From contig OZ316894.1 of assembly GCA_973895155.1 (NCBI GenBank), positions 4,116,944 through 4,180,943 on the forward strand: DNA of 64,000 bases, written 5' to 3'. This stretch comes from Marsupella aquatica (lineage: Eukaryota; Plantae; Marchantiophyta). Position 1 is the first letter of the stretch. Every line of letters starts with the position of its first letter. The notes under the pieces were generated by a model, which did no database searches, was not told the origin of the DNA, and saw nothing but the letters and a program-made list of their open reading frames with translations. This document shows, one piece after another, positions 1 through 13,979 of the stretch. The translations under genes and the position numbers were made by a program.

Positions 1-354
1 ATTTCGCGCTAAGGGAACAGATGACTACCTTTCACTGGTGATGTGTTCCCTTCAAGGAAAAAAGCCTTGTCAAATTTCGAACTGTCTTTACCTCTTCTCC
101 AATTGTTAAGAGTCAACCCTGCATCCGATATTGTCATCGTGTGGGGCACATATAGTAAGGCTCAGTAATGCGATTGAGTCGTTGAGATAGTTGAACTAGT
201 GATGGATTCAACCTTTTGCATGAACTGTAATTTGGATTTACCCGTTCGGAATTTCGCAGTCAAGTAACTGTCTCGTGACCCTCGATCATGCCTACCTTCA
301 TTCTCCAGCCAAGCCTTTCACTGGAAGCTCACCGTGAAATTGAACTTCTTGCAG

Positions 355-3143
355 GCCTATGCTGCCACGTCTCCGAGCGGCAGATTTGCAGAGGGCGCAA
401 GTGCAATCAGTAAACGCTATCTCTCTCTCATCGAAGTTCACGGCAAGAACATTTTCTATGTGGGGCAACTCTCACGCCATTGACTTTTCAAATGATTAAG
501 CAGTCTTACAGATTACATTTGGAGTTAATAGCCTTGTCCTGCAGATAGGTCATTCTTTCTTCGACTTGCCAAGCATGGTAATTTGAGCCTTTTGAACATT
601 TAAGGTAAAGATTCCGTGGGCAATGAAACAATATTGAACGTGAATGCTCTTCATGAGGAACAGCCCATTCCTTTATTTGGTGGGATGTGCGAAATTCGAT
701 TGTGACTGTTTGGGAGCTCATAGGAAATTTGTCATCTTGGCTTCCTTCGTCACCAATTGGCAGTTTTTCACGAGTCAAAAATTGGAGAAAGCGCTGCTCG
801 CGAACCTTCCCGATGATGTGGTGCTGGTGCGCATTCATTTTGGGATGATGGGCTATTTCCGAACCTTTTGTTTTCCTGGTACATGCACCTCCCTTTGTTT
901 TCCCACCTGCCAACGCCGACTTGGATGGACCTAAGGCAAAATATCCATCCCATTTTGAAGCACTCCTTGTATGGATGCAGGACCGGAACCTAAGGTAAAA
1001 ACCCGACTGATGCTTCAGAGTGAAGACAAAACAGTAGATGCCCACCTCACTGCTTCAGTCTGCGTGCATGGTGATCTGGAGCTGTACAGGTAAACAACGC
1101 TCTAACTTCCAAATATGTAGTGATGATAGAGACTTTTCAATGAGCCAGAAAGGATCTATGACACTGGTTGTTTCTTTCCATTTTCTGAACAATGTCTGAT
1201 TGAGACACATGTCACAATATGCCAATCTGGTTGCGGGAACTGAAACATCATATTTTCAGTAGAATTTCCATCCCTGATATCACTCCATGCTAATATCAAT
1301 TTGCTTGTCAAATGCAACAGGGGCATTCTTAATAGTAAAGAAGTTTTCCGGTAGGATGTCATACTCCTTCACTTGCTAAAGCCATCTCGTGCTTACTAGA
1401 GATTTGAGTTTTTCAGAAAGACGATCGCCAAGCTGGGCCCGGACCCCCTTCGTTCTGATGCAGATAAGGAGCTTCTGTGGAAAAAGATGCAGGTAGGAGT
1501 TCGTGGCGGGTTACAGCAGATCTAGAGAATTATCAAACGTGGGTCTTTCATGTTTGCAGCTAGTGCTATGGTGGGGATTCATCTGGTATTCTGACTCTAT
1601 GTTACGTTATAACTTGACACTTCATGTTATATTATGGCTTGACAGATAACTCGGAAGACTGTTGGCGGCGTCCTAATGGATCAATCTCTGGTCGCAGGAA
1701 TCGGTAACGTGTATCGTTCAGGTGTGTAAATACTTCAGATAGGTTGAAAGAATTGTGCACAACTAAAACAACCTTGAGACTAAGATATGGGCTCCTGATA
1801 TGCTTAATTTTGGGGTGTGGTCAGTTTAAAGCCACTTTTCGTTCATTGTTCGAATTCCTGAATTGAGACACCATAGTGACGGATTTCTCGAATTTCTTGC
1901 AGAGATACTCTTCGCCAGTGGATTGCATCCCGATCAGCGCGCATCTACCCTTTCTCGCTCAGATTTTGAAGTACTGTGGGAGCGGGTAATACCGTTTCCA
2001 TGTATGCCATAACACGCAATGACATATGTAGCTGCTGAGATAATGCAAACATGTATATGATCTGAGATCACTAGCATGTAAAGATGTTTTCCAGAAAATA
2101 GAAATTGAAGTTGTCAAGCTAGTCGCTATTTGCAGCCCATCTCAACTTGCACCCCTTTATTTCTTTTAACGCTAAGCTCAGTGAAATCTTATCTGCTCGC
2201 GTCACTTCCAGCCTGTATCTGGAGGAGCATGCTATTATTGCAGTGATGTGAACATGTCGGATATTGCAGAGTAAACGATTGTTGCTGCTAGGGCTGGTGA
2301 CAGGGTCTTTAGCAACAGTGTATCCAATTGATGTGGGTATGTTCCTCTTGAATGTATCTGAGGGTACTTTCTGCCATTCTTTGCTGCTGTATGAAGTACA
2401 ATAGCATATATTTCCTTGTCTGTGATCTCCCATTCTAGATTGGAGTATCTTCAAGACCAAAATCTTGTTTATATGTTCATAGGTAGATAGCTATCTGCTC
2501 CTCTTGTACAGATAGGCCTCCTCGACAGCAACTCCTCTAGACTCTCTGTAACGCATGCATACACAAGGGTCTTTACTTTCCATAAGTAATTTAGAAACAA
2601 GTCTACTCGGGATTTGGTGTGCAATTTACAATATGATAATGGAAACTATGGACAGGCAACCCGTATCATCAGATAACAGATGCGACGTCGTACGCATACG
2701 GACAGCTCATTTGTAAAGTATGTGGGGGCCCTATCAGGATGTGGCTCTGTGCTGGGAGGTATGCGTGTGCACCGGCCCAAGTTTTCTTAGACCAATTGCT
2801 GTGTTATGTGATGTGTCAGATCGGTCACTTCTGTGAGTCAGGTAAGGATACTTCGTTTTATGCCTGCAGGAAAGTGTATGCTTGTGAGGTTTGCCAGCCA
2901 TTGAGAGAGACCAACCAAGGAGTTGTTGACAAGACTCTGGTAGAAGATGTTTTAATTGGCGAAGGGGAGACAATTGAACCTCACAGTGATTTGATTCCAC
3001 TTGAAGACAATCTTTATCCCGAAGTTTCTGATAATCGTGGAACGGGAGCATCCTCCTCGAGTCGAGAGGCGAGAGCCAAATCGATGACAGGTTTCAGGTA
3101 CTCTGTACTCTGTTGTCTGTACTCTATGGAACTGTCCTTTTGA
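355..3143 (+). CDS. Fpg/Nei-family (endonuclease VIII-like) DNA glycosylase/AP lyase with C4 zinc finger; multi-exon, 5' end upstream of the window
   Basis: GT-AG exons read by eye: 355-459 (SPSGRFAEGA...IEVHGKNIFY), 764-878 (VRIHFGMMG), 981-1089, 1417-1492 (KLGPDPLR), 1646-1721 (LMDQSLVAGIGNVYRS, H2TH), 1903-1985 (EILFASGLHP), ~2270-2336, 2656-2758 (CKVC), 2870- (CEVCQP). The final stop is uncertain: 3143, or ~3206 if there is one more intron. Confidence 0.88.
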
Positions 3144-4640
3144 TTATATTGTCCAGAAACGCGGGGTGCTGAATGCAAGTGGCACCATCGAAGTGCCGAG
3201 ACCTGAAAGATGTCCTTGGTTTTCACAGACGATGGTTTGGTTTTTTCGTTGATACTCTAGATTATCACGGAACAATGGAAGACTTCCAAATTTCAATATA
3301 TAAACTACATGCTCATCTAATACAGAGCAGATAAATACTAGAAATTTGGTGTGGGAGGACTTAGTGCAAACCAACTCTTACTGTTTCTCTTCATCCATGT
3401 AGGACGGGAAGCGTTGCAACTGATAAGATCGCAGAGCATCCGCCAATAAGGAAGATTTTCAGAGGCCCTCGTAGCAACTACAGTACATTGCGTGGCCTCA
3501 ACAGTTCAAGATGCGAGTTCAGCGTTGTTCAAAAAGGTGAAAGTAGTTTTGAAAGTCTTATAATATCGGATCATATTCTTGGATTACTCATGAAGAAAAT
3601 TGTCAACAGGAGTGATTACTGCGTTTCCCAGATATGCTGCAGTCCCTTCTCACCAGGCGACCTCTGTTTGATGTGTTCACTTAGGTTCTTTGCAAACCAG
3701 CAATAGCGAGAAAGCTGGGCGGCCCAGAAAATACCATTCACAGGCCTCTCAATTTGGCCAAGTAGTTCATGAGAGCATTTCCTGGTCTCTCTGGCAAACG
3801 TTTACAAATCAATTCTGTCCAGCAAGAAGAGTAGGCTACATCGCCCTGCAAGCACTGACAGCTACAAGGCCACAAACAAGAATTGGGCTGTACGCAGTAA
3901 GTTTAGGGTGCCTGGGTTCATCATCGCCAGTGTTGATGATGTCTACTAGATTGTCGAACACTCTCCCTCTTTCAAACGCTTAAGTCATTGTGTAGTGTAC
4001 CTGGTGACAGGTAATATTCGTTTCCAAAGGGAGTGCATGAAATCTCTATAGATCATTGAAGGCAGACTGGAAAACTTCTGAAGCATTCAGAGGTCGGAAA
4101 GCTGACCTACAAATTTCAAGGCTTGTGCAGCTCATGTCAACGGACAACTAGCAATCAGCGGAGAATCAAGTCCGATTGGTTGGGACAGTAGGCTAACCTA
4201 ATTAACTAGATTCCTGTGTCCTGTAGCTCATGTCATTTGGACACCAAGCAACCTGAACAGTTGTGACGGCAAGCTAAGCAGCTAACGGCATCAAATGCCC
4301 GTGTCACATGTCACCTAGACAAGTATCAAGTAGACTAAATTCGGACCTGGTACGCAGGCTAATTTAATAGAATTGAATATACCTAACTCGTGTTATCTCG
4401 ACCACTCAACAGCTCTTTCCGCAGATAGCAGCCGGAAACTACGCCTGATAAATAACACATTGTATTATTTTCATCTTCTCTCCACAGGGAGTGTCCACTA
4501 CCGTCAAAACAACTGATTGACACCTCCAAAAGATATTACGACAATCTTTTATGCATCTCAGCACTACCTTCAATGCCTTCTAAACAATGTGCTCTAATCT
4601 ATAAGTTGGGAATCACTGTACAATTGAACCACTGAGCTCT

Positions 4641-5567
4641 TTAAACAGCTTCAGTTTCTGGATGTACAGCTGCATCCTCTAGATAATTATCCTTTGAACT
4701 AAGCTCCTTCTCTTGCACATCTGACTTCGTGCTCAATCCATTCGATCCCTCATCCAGTTTCCAGTATTGTGCTGTCTTCACATCCTCCAACTTCATTTGC
4801 TTGCTATAATCCTCATGATTATAGACAAACGTGTTGCGACCCCCCAGAGGAACTTCCAGGCGATCCAAGTCAAACAACTCTTCTACTATCTTGAGACTTT
4901 CGCGCTTCTTAGTATACACGAACTTCACCTTTTTGAAGGTTTCTGGGTCAACAAATGTTTTGATGGCCACCCAGAATTTCTCAAAAAGCCATGGAGCATC
5001 GTACACAATGCAAAATTTCAGGCGCTCAGGATACATTGTCTGAAACACATAGATTATTTCCCGGGCAGTGCTGATGGCAAAAGCCTGTCTATAAGTCCAC
5101 TTTTTGAAGTCAACAAGCCAGACCATCTGCTCCTGGCCAGGTGGTAGATTTAGAATTGCATTTTCCAACGAGTGCACCAAGAGCCTTACCTGTCCATATG
5201 GGTCTGAAGTATTCTGGTTTGCTGGCCGCATGTTAATAGCTGTCCTGCCCTCCTTATCAGAGCAATTGGATCTGTATATTTTCCCTGTCTCAGCTTCATG
5301 CTCTACTTCAGCCCATTTGATTTCCTCGGGTTTGTAAGACGCTCTCCACCTGAGAGTCTCCTTCAGCATTCTCTCAGCCTTCTTGACATTCCAATTCCGA
5401 GCGCGCAGGAACCGATGAAGGCAATCATCCGTGCAAAACATTGACGCTCGACTTGACAGAGGACCTAACGCTTCCCGCAATTGTAACACCTTGACTTGCT
5501 GTTCAGCAGGAGTCGGATTCTTATCAGTACTCTTACTACTTCCCGTTTTTTCGAAGGACTTGGACAT
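4641..5567 (-). CDS. Sec14/CRAL-TRIO lipid-binding protein (random-slug-5-like), intronless CDS
   Basis: 308-aa ORF with CTDDCLHRFLRARNWNVKKAERMLKETLRWR, GQEQMVWLVDF, YPERL, FVDPETFKKVKFVY and LEVPLGG, all typical of plant Sec14-like proteins. Confidence 0.93.
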   Translation of the reverse strand: MSKSFEKTGSSKSTDKNPTPAEQQVKVLQLREALGPLSSRASMFCTDDCLHRFLRARNWNVKKAERMLKETLRWRASYKPEEIKWAEVEHEAETGKIYRSNCSDKEGRTAINMRPANQNTSDPYGQVRLLVHSLENAILNLPPGQEQMVWLVDFKKWTYRQAFAISTAREIIYVFQTMYPERLKFCIVYDAPWLFEKFWVAIKTFVDPETFKKVKFVYTKKRESLKIVEELFDLDRLEVPLGGRNTFVYNHEDYSKQMKLEDVKTAQYWKLDEGSNGLSTKSDVQEKELSSKDNYLEDAAVHPETEAV

Positions 5568-6829
5568 CTTCGCCCGCCTCTTACTAACCCTCTTTGCCGG
5601 TCAACAAAACGATGAAGATCGTCCGTCCAGTCCTCAGCACCTACGACAGGGAGGGACAAATCTGCATATGCCCTGTACGATCCCCAACTATCCACGCTCC
5701 AGACTAGAGGCGATCAACAGGGCCTTCCCACCCGAATCCTTGACGCGCAAGTCTCCACTTCAGCGGTCGAGTTTGTAGCTGCGCATCGAGAGGTCTTCGA
5801 ATATGAGATCATAATCAGCTTTGCGAATCAACTATGCAAGGCTGGTCGAGATTTGAACCACGTCATCATCTCCTAACACTCAACTTGTCCACTGAGCCAG
5901 TTCAGGGTGTATTTGTACTCGTATCATAATTGCACAAGAGAATATATTTCAAAAGCACGTTTGTGAAGTGATGGATTGTGAGTGATCAATCGAACCACCA
6001 TAACAAGCAAGAACTTGCTAGACTACTTTTCATGTCTAACCACTCTGATGCAGCTCCTCTTGCACAACATACCTGGCCCACTCCAATCCACAGCTCTAGT
6101 TCAGGTGTCCAGCGATCCTCCAAATCGGCTATGGACAGTCTCCAAAGTCTCCTGAGCGAGACATTAGGTCTCGACAACGCTGAATTCGCCGGATTTAAGA
6201 CGCTAAATTCGACTGCCGTCTCAAAGATTGAGTAGAACACACGAAAGGTGCAGGCAAAGGTTTTTCATGTGCGCAGGCAAAGGTTTTTTCAAATAAGAGA
6301 GAGGGAGAGGGAGAGAACGAGAGCGAGAGATAGAGATTTGCTTTCAGCCACACAAGCTGCTCTTTGTCCCCACTATCAAAACGTTTGCTTACAACAAATC
6401 ACGAGAGCATGGCTTGCATCAAACTAGCATAGAGCAGAGTTGCATGTCGTTTGTAATGTTTCGACGCACTTCGCACCGACACACAACACCCCTCCATATG
6501 AGCTGTGGCATTTACGAAATAAAAAATTGGGAGGCTATCCTCGGAGGGCCGGCGGGCTAAGAAAAGTTGCACGGGGCCTGGCGACAACGAGCCGACGGCC
6601 GCGGTTTAACGTCAGCTTACTTTTCGCGTCAAAGTCAAACTGAAAGGAGCTGCCCTGTAGCAATCTCAGTGCTTCGGTGGAAAACTTTCCCCCTCGTGAG
6701 TTGCGGGGTCTGCCTGCTTCGGTGGAAAGTTCTGAAGCAGGCAGAACCTGCGGAAGTTGCAACGGAACTTGCATAGGGTTCCGAGCTCCGAGCACCAAAA
6801 TCGCGATGGGAGAATATCTCGCGCACTGC

Positions 6830-7540
6830 TGACACGGTCCATTGGCAATATGCGATGCTGGGTTCCAACGTAAGACACACGACTGAGTTCGAAATTTAAA
6901 CGTGAGATGTCGGGTGATATCCTGCCATTCAAGAAGTTTGCTACAAACTGCCAATCGCTTGAGCTCGTCCCAACAGCAGCTTGAGACACAGAACTTCGCA
7001 GTTCAGCGTACCCGGTCCGTGTGGGGATGTTCAGGTCCAAAGGAAGAAACACGGCTGAGTGCGGATTGTAAGTCTCTGCCACAAGAGCTCGTGTGAAATC
7101 TGAGATTCAAAAGGTTCTTGAGATTAAAAAGGTTTACTATCAACTGCCAACAGCTAGAAATACAGAATCGATCAATGTCATCATACACGGTCCATTGGCA
7201 ATATGCGATGTTCGGTTCCAGAGAAAGAAGCACGGTTGAGTTCGAATTGTAAATCTCTGCCACTACGAGCTGGGGTGACATCTTGCAATTCAAAGGGTTT
7301 ACTATAAACTGCCAACAGCTTGCAATACAGAATCGTTCAACTTCATCGCACGCGGTCCATATACGCGATGTTCAGCCCCAACGGAAGAAGCACAGTTGAG
7401 TTAGAGTTGTAAATCCTTGCTACTAAGAGCTTTGCTGACATCTTGCGATTCAGAACGTTTACTATAAACTGCCAACAGCTTGAGCTCGTGAAACCAACAG
7501 CTTGAACGTCTCAATCTCATCATACACGATCCATTGTTTT
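6830..7540. repeat. Degenerate tandem repeat, ~165-190-bp units, about 4 copies
   Basis: ACACGGTCCATTGGCAATATGCGATG-like motifs at ~6832, 7185, 7353 and 7523; GTTTACTATAAACTGCCAACAGCT-like motifs at ~6937, 7132, 7297 and 7457. Confidence 0.7.
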
Positions 7541-8094
7541 TAGGGTTGGAATTGTAAACTCATCGACATACTTACTGCTGCTCCACTTATCTATGGATGT
7601 GGATAGCCTACTCACGGCACAGAGGTATCATTTGGAAAGGAAGTGACATTGCTGCGTTGCGAAGTTTGTGGGGAAGACGAAACAGGACAGAGCAATCTCG
7701 ACAATACTCGAGGTGCGACATCATTCTCTTCAACATTGTCCAAAACCTACAGTAGTGACTGAGAGAACGACTAAGCAATGGCGAGATTAAAACCACGCAT
7801 TGGGTGAAGAAAACTTGCAATTCGATTCAGCCAAATAGTGGAAACAAGCGATCTATATAACCCTGCATTGCAAGACTGAACTTGTCACAGGTTGGAGGAA
7901 TTCACAATCATCCATTACCACTTTTATTGAAGCCAGAGCGGGAATCCCCTCAGAGCTCTGCAAGCTTTTCGGAATAAAACAAAATGCCTGATCGATTGAA
8001 GGGTACAATCCTACCTTCATGACCACAGGACTCCATCTCTCCTCTACTAGACTACGAATGCAGGATTTCGCACAATGTAAAGTGCTGTGACCTC

Positions 8095-8520
8095 CGCATG
8101 AGTGCACCCCAACACAAGTGCTATCCTTCCATAGCTGTGACATTTGAGTTTTATTGGGCTGTTTACTCCTCATTAAAAAGAAACATTCACAATGCAAATC
8201 CATGAGTGCATCCCACACAAGTGCTATCCCACCTTTAGCTGTGAAAATTGAGTTTTATTGAGCTGTTTACTCCTCACTGAAAAGAAACATATATAATGCG
8301 ATTCTCCGTGAGAGCACCTAAACACCAGTGCTATCCCTCCTTTAGCTGTGAAAATTGAGTTTTATTGCGCTGTTTACTTCTCAGTAAAAGACGCATTTGA
8401 AATGCAATTATCCGTGAGTGCACCCCGCGCAAGTGCTATCCTTCCTTTAGCAGTGACTATTGAGTTTTATTGCGCTGTTTACTCCTCCCTAAAAGACACC
8501 TATATAATGCAATTCTCCTC
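8095..8520. repeat. Tandem repeat, ~103-108-bp units, 4 copies
   Basis: AGTGCTATCC...GCTGTGA...TTGAGTTTTATTG.GCTGTTTACTCCTC recurs four times. Confidence 0.85.
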
Positions 8521-11500
8521 AAGCATTCTTGCAGCCAAACTTGATAGTTATATGGATAAGTGCAACCTCATATAGGGGTCTTGGTAACTACATATCAAAA
8601 TATGACATATATGATGTACGACAACCCTGCATACCATACCGTGATAACCCTAGTTTTTTTTCTTTCAATTCATGAATGCAGCCACATTTTGATGTGTGAT
8701 TACCAGCAGGGCTCATATAGTGCACCTTGGGCCTGCCATCCCCAGGAGTTCCAGGATCGTCCATCATACAATCCTGCATTCTTTCAGTCCATGTGAAGCC
8801 AGGATTTGAAAGTGAAGCTCCCATAGACTATAATGTTTGACAAGATGCTTAGATGGATCATCACATCCCCACATGGATTGCTCGTAAACATTACATTTTA
8901 CTCAGATAGCATCTTATATATGCTCACTTTTTTGTGTGCTTGGTCTCGTGGAGTCTTAAGGTCAAACCTTGTGGTCATACAAAGCATCAACTTCTGAAGA
9001 TTTAATATTAAGTTGCAACCAAATGGTAGACGATTAACACATGACCTTGGCATGCTCTCTTAAAGGCACACAAAGTTACATAAGAAAACAATGGGGAGTT
9101 TATGCTACCACCATTAAGCCAACTTCACAGAATGAGTTAACGTTGAGAAAACTACAACTAAAAGGCAACAAATTACAAATTAAACCAGTTGGAGCCTCTG
9201 CCCAAACAAGTTTAGAGACTCTAACTCATATGTTGTTTTCCTTTTTTGGTGTACCCTTAGGCAAGGAGGTGGTTGCCCCAAAGGATCAAACGGGGAATCT
9301 AGCTCAAACAAATAACAACAAGTTCAATTCTATTAGTAGAAGAGGCTTCCAGGAGTAACTTGCCAGAATCCAAGTTGTTCAACTCCAATGAGTAGTCCCT
9401 AAACAGAGTTGCATTTAAGCTTCACTATTGGTGTGAAGTTGGTGGGACTGGTTGCAAGTCTTCAATGATATCGTAATTCATTTACTGGCTTTCTCAAATT
9501 CCAATTTGTGATTGCAAATGTATGGTTGCTCTTTAATGGAATCTTGTTGTTGTTCAGCTAAACTCTTTGTGAATCTTGTAGAGCTCATTGAAAATATACC
9601 TCACACAAGGGACAATTGTACAAGTTAGTCTTCATATTTAGGGACCCCAATGGGAAGCTCCTTACAAATTCCATGCAACCACATCAGCACTATTGGTCAC
9701 AAACAAGAAGAGTTTGTTTGTGACCAATATGCAAGAAGAACCAAACCTGACTATTTGTGTTTGAGCCAAGGCAAAGAAAAATGGCTAGACCCTGCAAGTG
9801 TAAAAATAATGGAAAACTGAAAAGTAACACTTCAAATAAATAAAGAAAGAGGAAAAATGGGTAAAAAGGAAATAACACATGGATGGGTTGTGATTGATGT
9901 CTCAGTGTTTTCCAATAACCTTTTCAACTTTCTATTGAATTTGGCAAAATTTTGAAATAACCATGGGTAGAAAGAATCTCTTCAGCTACCGGAACATTTA
10001 CCAAGATAACATTTGCCAAACAATAAAATAAAATAAAATTTACCAAGGTAACATTAGAAACCCTAAACCTTTTGCATGGACTCTGTTAAAGGGACTGTAT
10101 GGACAAAGGACTATGGGAATTTTTTGCATGGACTCTTAGTACCATGAATAATCTCCTATTTTTTTCCTCTCATCAGGTAGTACAATATCCAACTCTTCAA
10201 TGGCTCTAACTTGATTAATATCATCAAACTTACATAGCCAAGGGGTCCTTGAACTAGTTTGAGTGAAAGAATATTGTGTGTTTTGAGAGCTGTCTTGGTA
10301 CCTGCTTTGTTGTGTACTCCAGAGATCTCCATTATCTCATCTTCAAAGAATTTGTCAAAATAACCTGAAAATGTAGATTTGTGATCCTACAAGATTTGTA
10401 CATTATTTTGCAGTTGACCCTTGGAGGCAAGATCATGTCCACAGGTGGAGATGCTCTGCCTCAACCAGCTACCCCTGCAATTGCCTCTCAATATTCATAA
10501 TATGGACTTTTAGCTCTTCTATATTGGAGTGACATCCACAGAAAAGGTTCCTGGCTGCCACCCAGCCCAGACCGCAATAGCCTGTTCATTACATGGCCCA
10601 ACACAAACAAGATACCTTCATTAGGGCATGTCAAAGTTCTCCCATAACACGCTGCTTGCGACTTTATTTTTTTGGACATATTACCTTTATGGGTTACCAA
10701 TGGGGTACCTATTGGTACCCCATAATGATTCTGTCCTGACAGTAACTGTGTCATGAGCTATAACTCAGGTACAACTGCTTCGCTTTTGACACGTCCTATT
10801 AGAGCAACAACCTACCAGGTTACCCTACATGGCCCAATGCAAAAAAGAGGCCCCCACATCCAAATTGCCAAGCATGGCGAAAAAGAAGACCTGATCCAGA
10901 GCGGTTTGGGATGGTCTCCCTTTTGGACCCCTCTGCTCGATTTCCATGGATAAGCCTCTCCGCTACGGCCCTCAAATGCTTTCCCCTCTTCTGGCGGGAT
11001 GTTGGTACTCGTGGCCGGCCGTAAGCCACTCATCCAATCAACCGCCCTTCTCCGCCCTCATCGGATACTCGAAAGTCCCAAACCACCAAAGCCCTCTCCG
11101 CCAGTCCTCCTCGCCCTTTGTTCCGGTGGTCCGACATCCAACGCACACAGTAGGGAGTGGGACGACATCGGACGGTCGAAATCCTGCTCCCGCTCGCCCA
11201 TTCCGGTGTCCCGGTCACCTTCACCCGGATGGACGCAATCCGACGGTCAGAGTCATGCGCAAAACAAGGGAAAGGGCGATCGTTCGGAGTTCCTCACCCT
11301 CGATGATGAGGATCATGTGGCTCGAAGTCTCCGATGCGTTGGTGGTGACGATTGCCGGACGCAGGGCTTGTGGTCCGTTGATTCGTGGGTGCCCAACGCT
11401 CGGGTTATCGTGTCGTTGCGCGAGTAGTGTTGCTATCTTGGAGAATCGTTGCGATTGGCCTGCCATTCAGCCCCAGATCGTCTTCTGTCCCTCACGTGAA

Positions 11501-11844
11501 CGCTTTTCTTCGTTCGTCCCCCTCTGCTTCTGGAGACCACACAGTTGGGTCATCTCCCGATTCTCCCGTCGCCCGAGCTTTTCAATCCATCATCCTCTCG
11601 TCGAGCTCTCGAGTCCTCGCGCTTCCCAAAAGGTGAGTTTAACTCGATTCCCCCTCCACTTTGCCGTCAGTTCTGTCTTCTGTCCCTTCATCCTTTCGGT
11701 AGCGTGAGTCATCTGTCATTCTGCATTCTGCAGCAGGAAGGTGTTGTCATTTTGAGCTGGTCGTTCGATCGTGGGGCGGACTTTCGAGCAAGTGCACCTT
11801 GTTGTGAATTTAGTGCGTGGAGGAGTAGTCGAGGAGTTGTGGCC

Positions 11845-12288
11845 ATGGCTCTCGCTGTTGCTTCTGCCGCACCGGCCATTGTGGCTCTCGGTGCCTCTGT
11901 TTCCTCGCCATTGAGCGGAAAGAAGTCGGTGTCGATCAGGGCGGCTTCGTTGAACAAGAGCTTCGGAATCAAGAGCTCGCACAGCCGGGTGACATGTATG
12001 GCCTCGTTCAAGATCACTGTCAAGACTCCCGAGGGTGAACAGTCGTTCGAGTGTCCCGACGATGAGTACATTCTGGACGTCGCTGAGGAAAAAGGATTGG
12101 ATTTGCCCTACTCTTGCCGAGCTGGCGCTTGCTCGTCGTGCGCGGGCAAACTCGAGTCAGGCTCGGTCGAACAAGGTGACGCTACGTTCCTCGACGATGA
12201 CCAGAAGGATGAGGGCTGGGTATTGACCTGCGTCGCGTATCCGACCTCTGATATCGTCATTTTGAGCCACCAGGAGGATGAGTTGTAG
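11845..12288 (+). CDS. petF: Chloroplast plant-type [2Fe-2S] ferredoxin, copy 1
   Basis: Ser/Ala-rich transit peptide ending RVTCMA; [16 protein letters not shown] and VLTCVAYP supply the four Cys ligands. Probable 5'UTR intron (AAG|GTGAGT ~11633 to CAGCAG ~11735). Confidence 0.96.
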   Translation: MALAVASAAPAIVALGASVSSPLSGKKSVSIRAASLNKSFGIKSSHSRVTCMASFKITVKTPEGEQSFECPDDEYILDVAEEKGLDLPYSCRAGACSSCAGKLESGSVEQGDATFLDDDQKDEGWVLTCVAYPTSDIVILSHQEDEL

Positions 12289-13979
12289 TAAGCTATACCT
12301 TAGGGACTGTAGCCTGCTGGCTTTCGCAGAGGAGAGGGTAGGGGTTTGGTCGCACTCTTGTGCGGTGACGGACTTCTAAGGCATTATTGTTTGGAGAGTC
12401 CGACTGGTTGTATTCTTGGTTTCTCATGAATCTGAAGGAATTGTATGGGCGGAGCATTTGCACTGCAGGCACAGCTCCGGTCTTTTCGTAGAGGTACATG
12501 GACGAGAAATAACTGTAGAGAGGAACGTGCGTTCTAGCACGAAGGACTGCAATCTGTTTTTTCCTGCGTTCATAAGTAGGCTAGGCGTCGTCGAATGTCT
12601 TTGTGCATGCGACATTGCTTTGTATTTTGCAGTATTGTGTATAGAGTATCCTTTCTCGAAATTGCCTGTAAGATAATTGAGAGCATAGTTGCCTCACTTT
12701 TGTGACTACCAATTGGCAGCTGCTCGAATCAATAGAATGGTCCTTTCTTCATTTAAAGAATCATTCGTCCTGTAGTATGTGTTTCATACCAATCCATGGC
12801 CCATGCCTTCACAAGAAAACGACATCGAATGTTGATAATTTCCCACACACTGGCCATCATTTTTACCACCTTCCTTGCGCAGCTAGTTCAGGAAGTGAAT
12901 GTGGTGGTCCATTTCGACCACATCGCACTCTGCTAGAATCCTCTCTAAGGTGAATCTGATCAACCGTTGAAGGTGCTGAAAGTGAGTCTAGCTTTCTGGT
13001 TTCCTTCCTTGCATTCTACTCCAGGTTCTGCAAATTCCACTCAGTCCTTGCATGTCTAATGCTGTGAGAAGCTATTAACATTCACGCTGATCCAGTTGGC
13101 AAAGTCATGGTCTTCAGAATGTGAGTCTCGAAATGTGCTACTAGGAATTACGCTACTAGAAAAAAAGATTAGTTTCGGTACTCTTTTCGTCCTTAGTGGA
13201 AAGAGGGTCTTCCTTACATGGCTACTGTTGTGAGAAGCTATGCACATCCAGGTTGATCCATTTGGCAAAGTCATGGTCTTCAGAATGTGAGTTTCGAAAT
13301 GTGCTCCTAGGAAATATGCTACTAGAAAAGAGGTCCTTCCATGATCATAGCACACACTTGAATATGCCAATGATCATGAAACATAATGACAATACAACAT
13401 TATGTTCCATAATGACAACACAATATCAGTTATCAGTTACACTACATAAATAACCATTAAATAATGACAATACCAGGATATGAATGACATTAGGTGACAA
13501 TGCAAGGATATGAATGACCACTGCATAATGACAATGACATGATGTAAATGATCATTAAAATGGCCACTAAGATAGAAACATGAATGACCAATAAACAAAG
13601 TTTTATGTAAAGTCCATGAATGAGGGTGGTTGGTAACTACTTTATTGAAAATTACTGGGCAAGTTAGTTCAATTCTAAACTTTTACTTGGGGGTGACTTT
13701 ATACAAAATTATTGGGCGAGTTAGTTTAAGTCTTGGGCAAGTTAGTTCAATTCTGAACTTTGACACTAGTGTGGCTTTATTGAAAATTATTGAACTTTTA
13801 AGTACTTGAGTGCCAGAAACAAGGTAAAATGACTAATGATGAATTTTGAGTCATTTAAACCAATGAACAAAATTATTTACTTGCAATAATGAAACTGAGG
13901 AAAAGTGGTCATTTTGGGCAGTCTCTATGAATGACACAAATGACAAAAACATTATCATATTGGTGTTTTATATTTTAGA

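Noticed and set aside
506-1045. 179-aa minus-strand ORF
   Set aside because: Antisense to Nei exons and introns; no motifs.
10946-11844. 253-aa ORF and the 100-aa N-terminal extension of the ferredoxin ORF
   Set aside because: This is GC-rich promoter/5'UTR with an intron. Copy 2 shares only the ATG at MALAVASAA, so the extensions are not conserved as protein.
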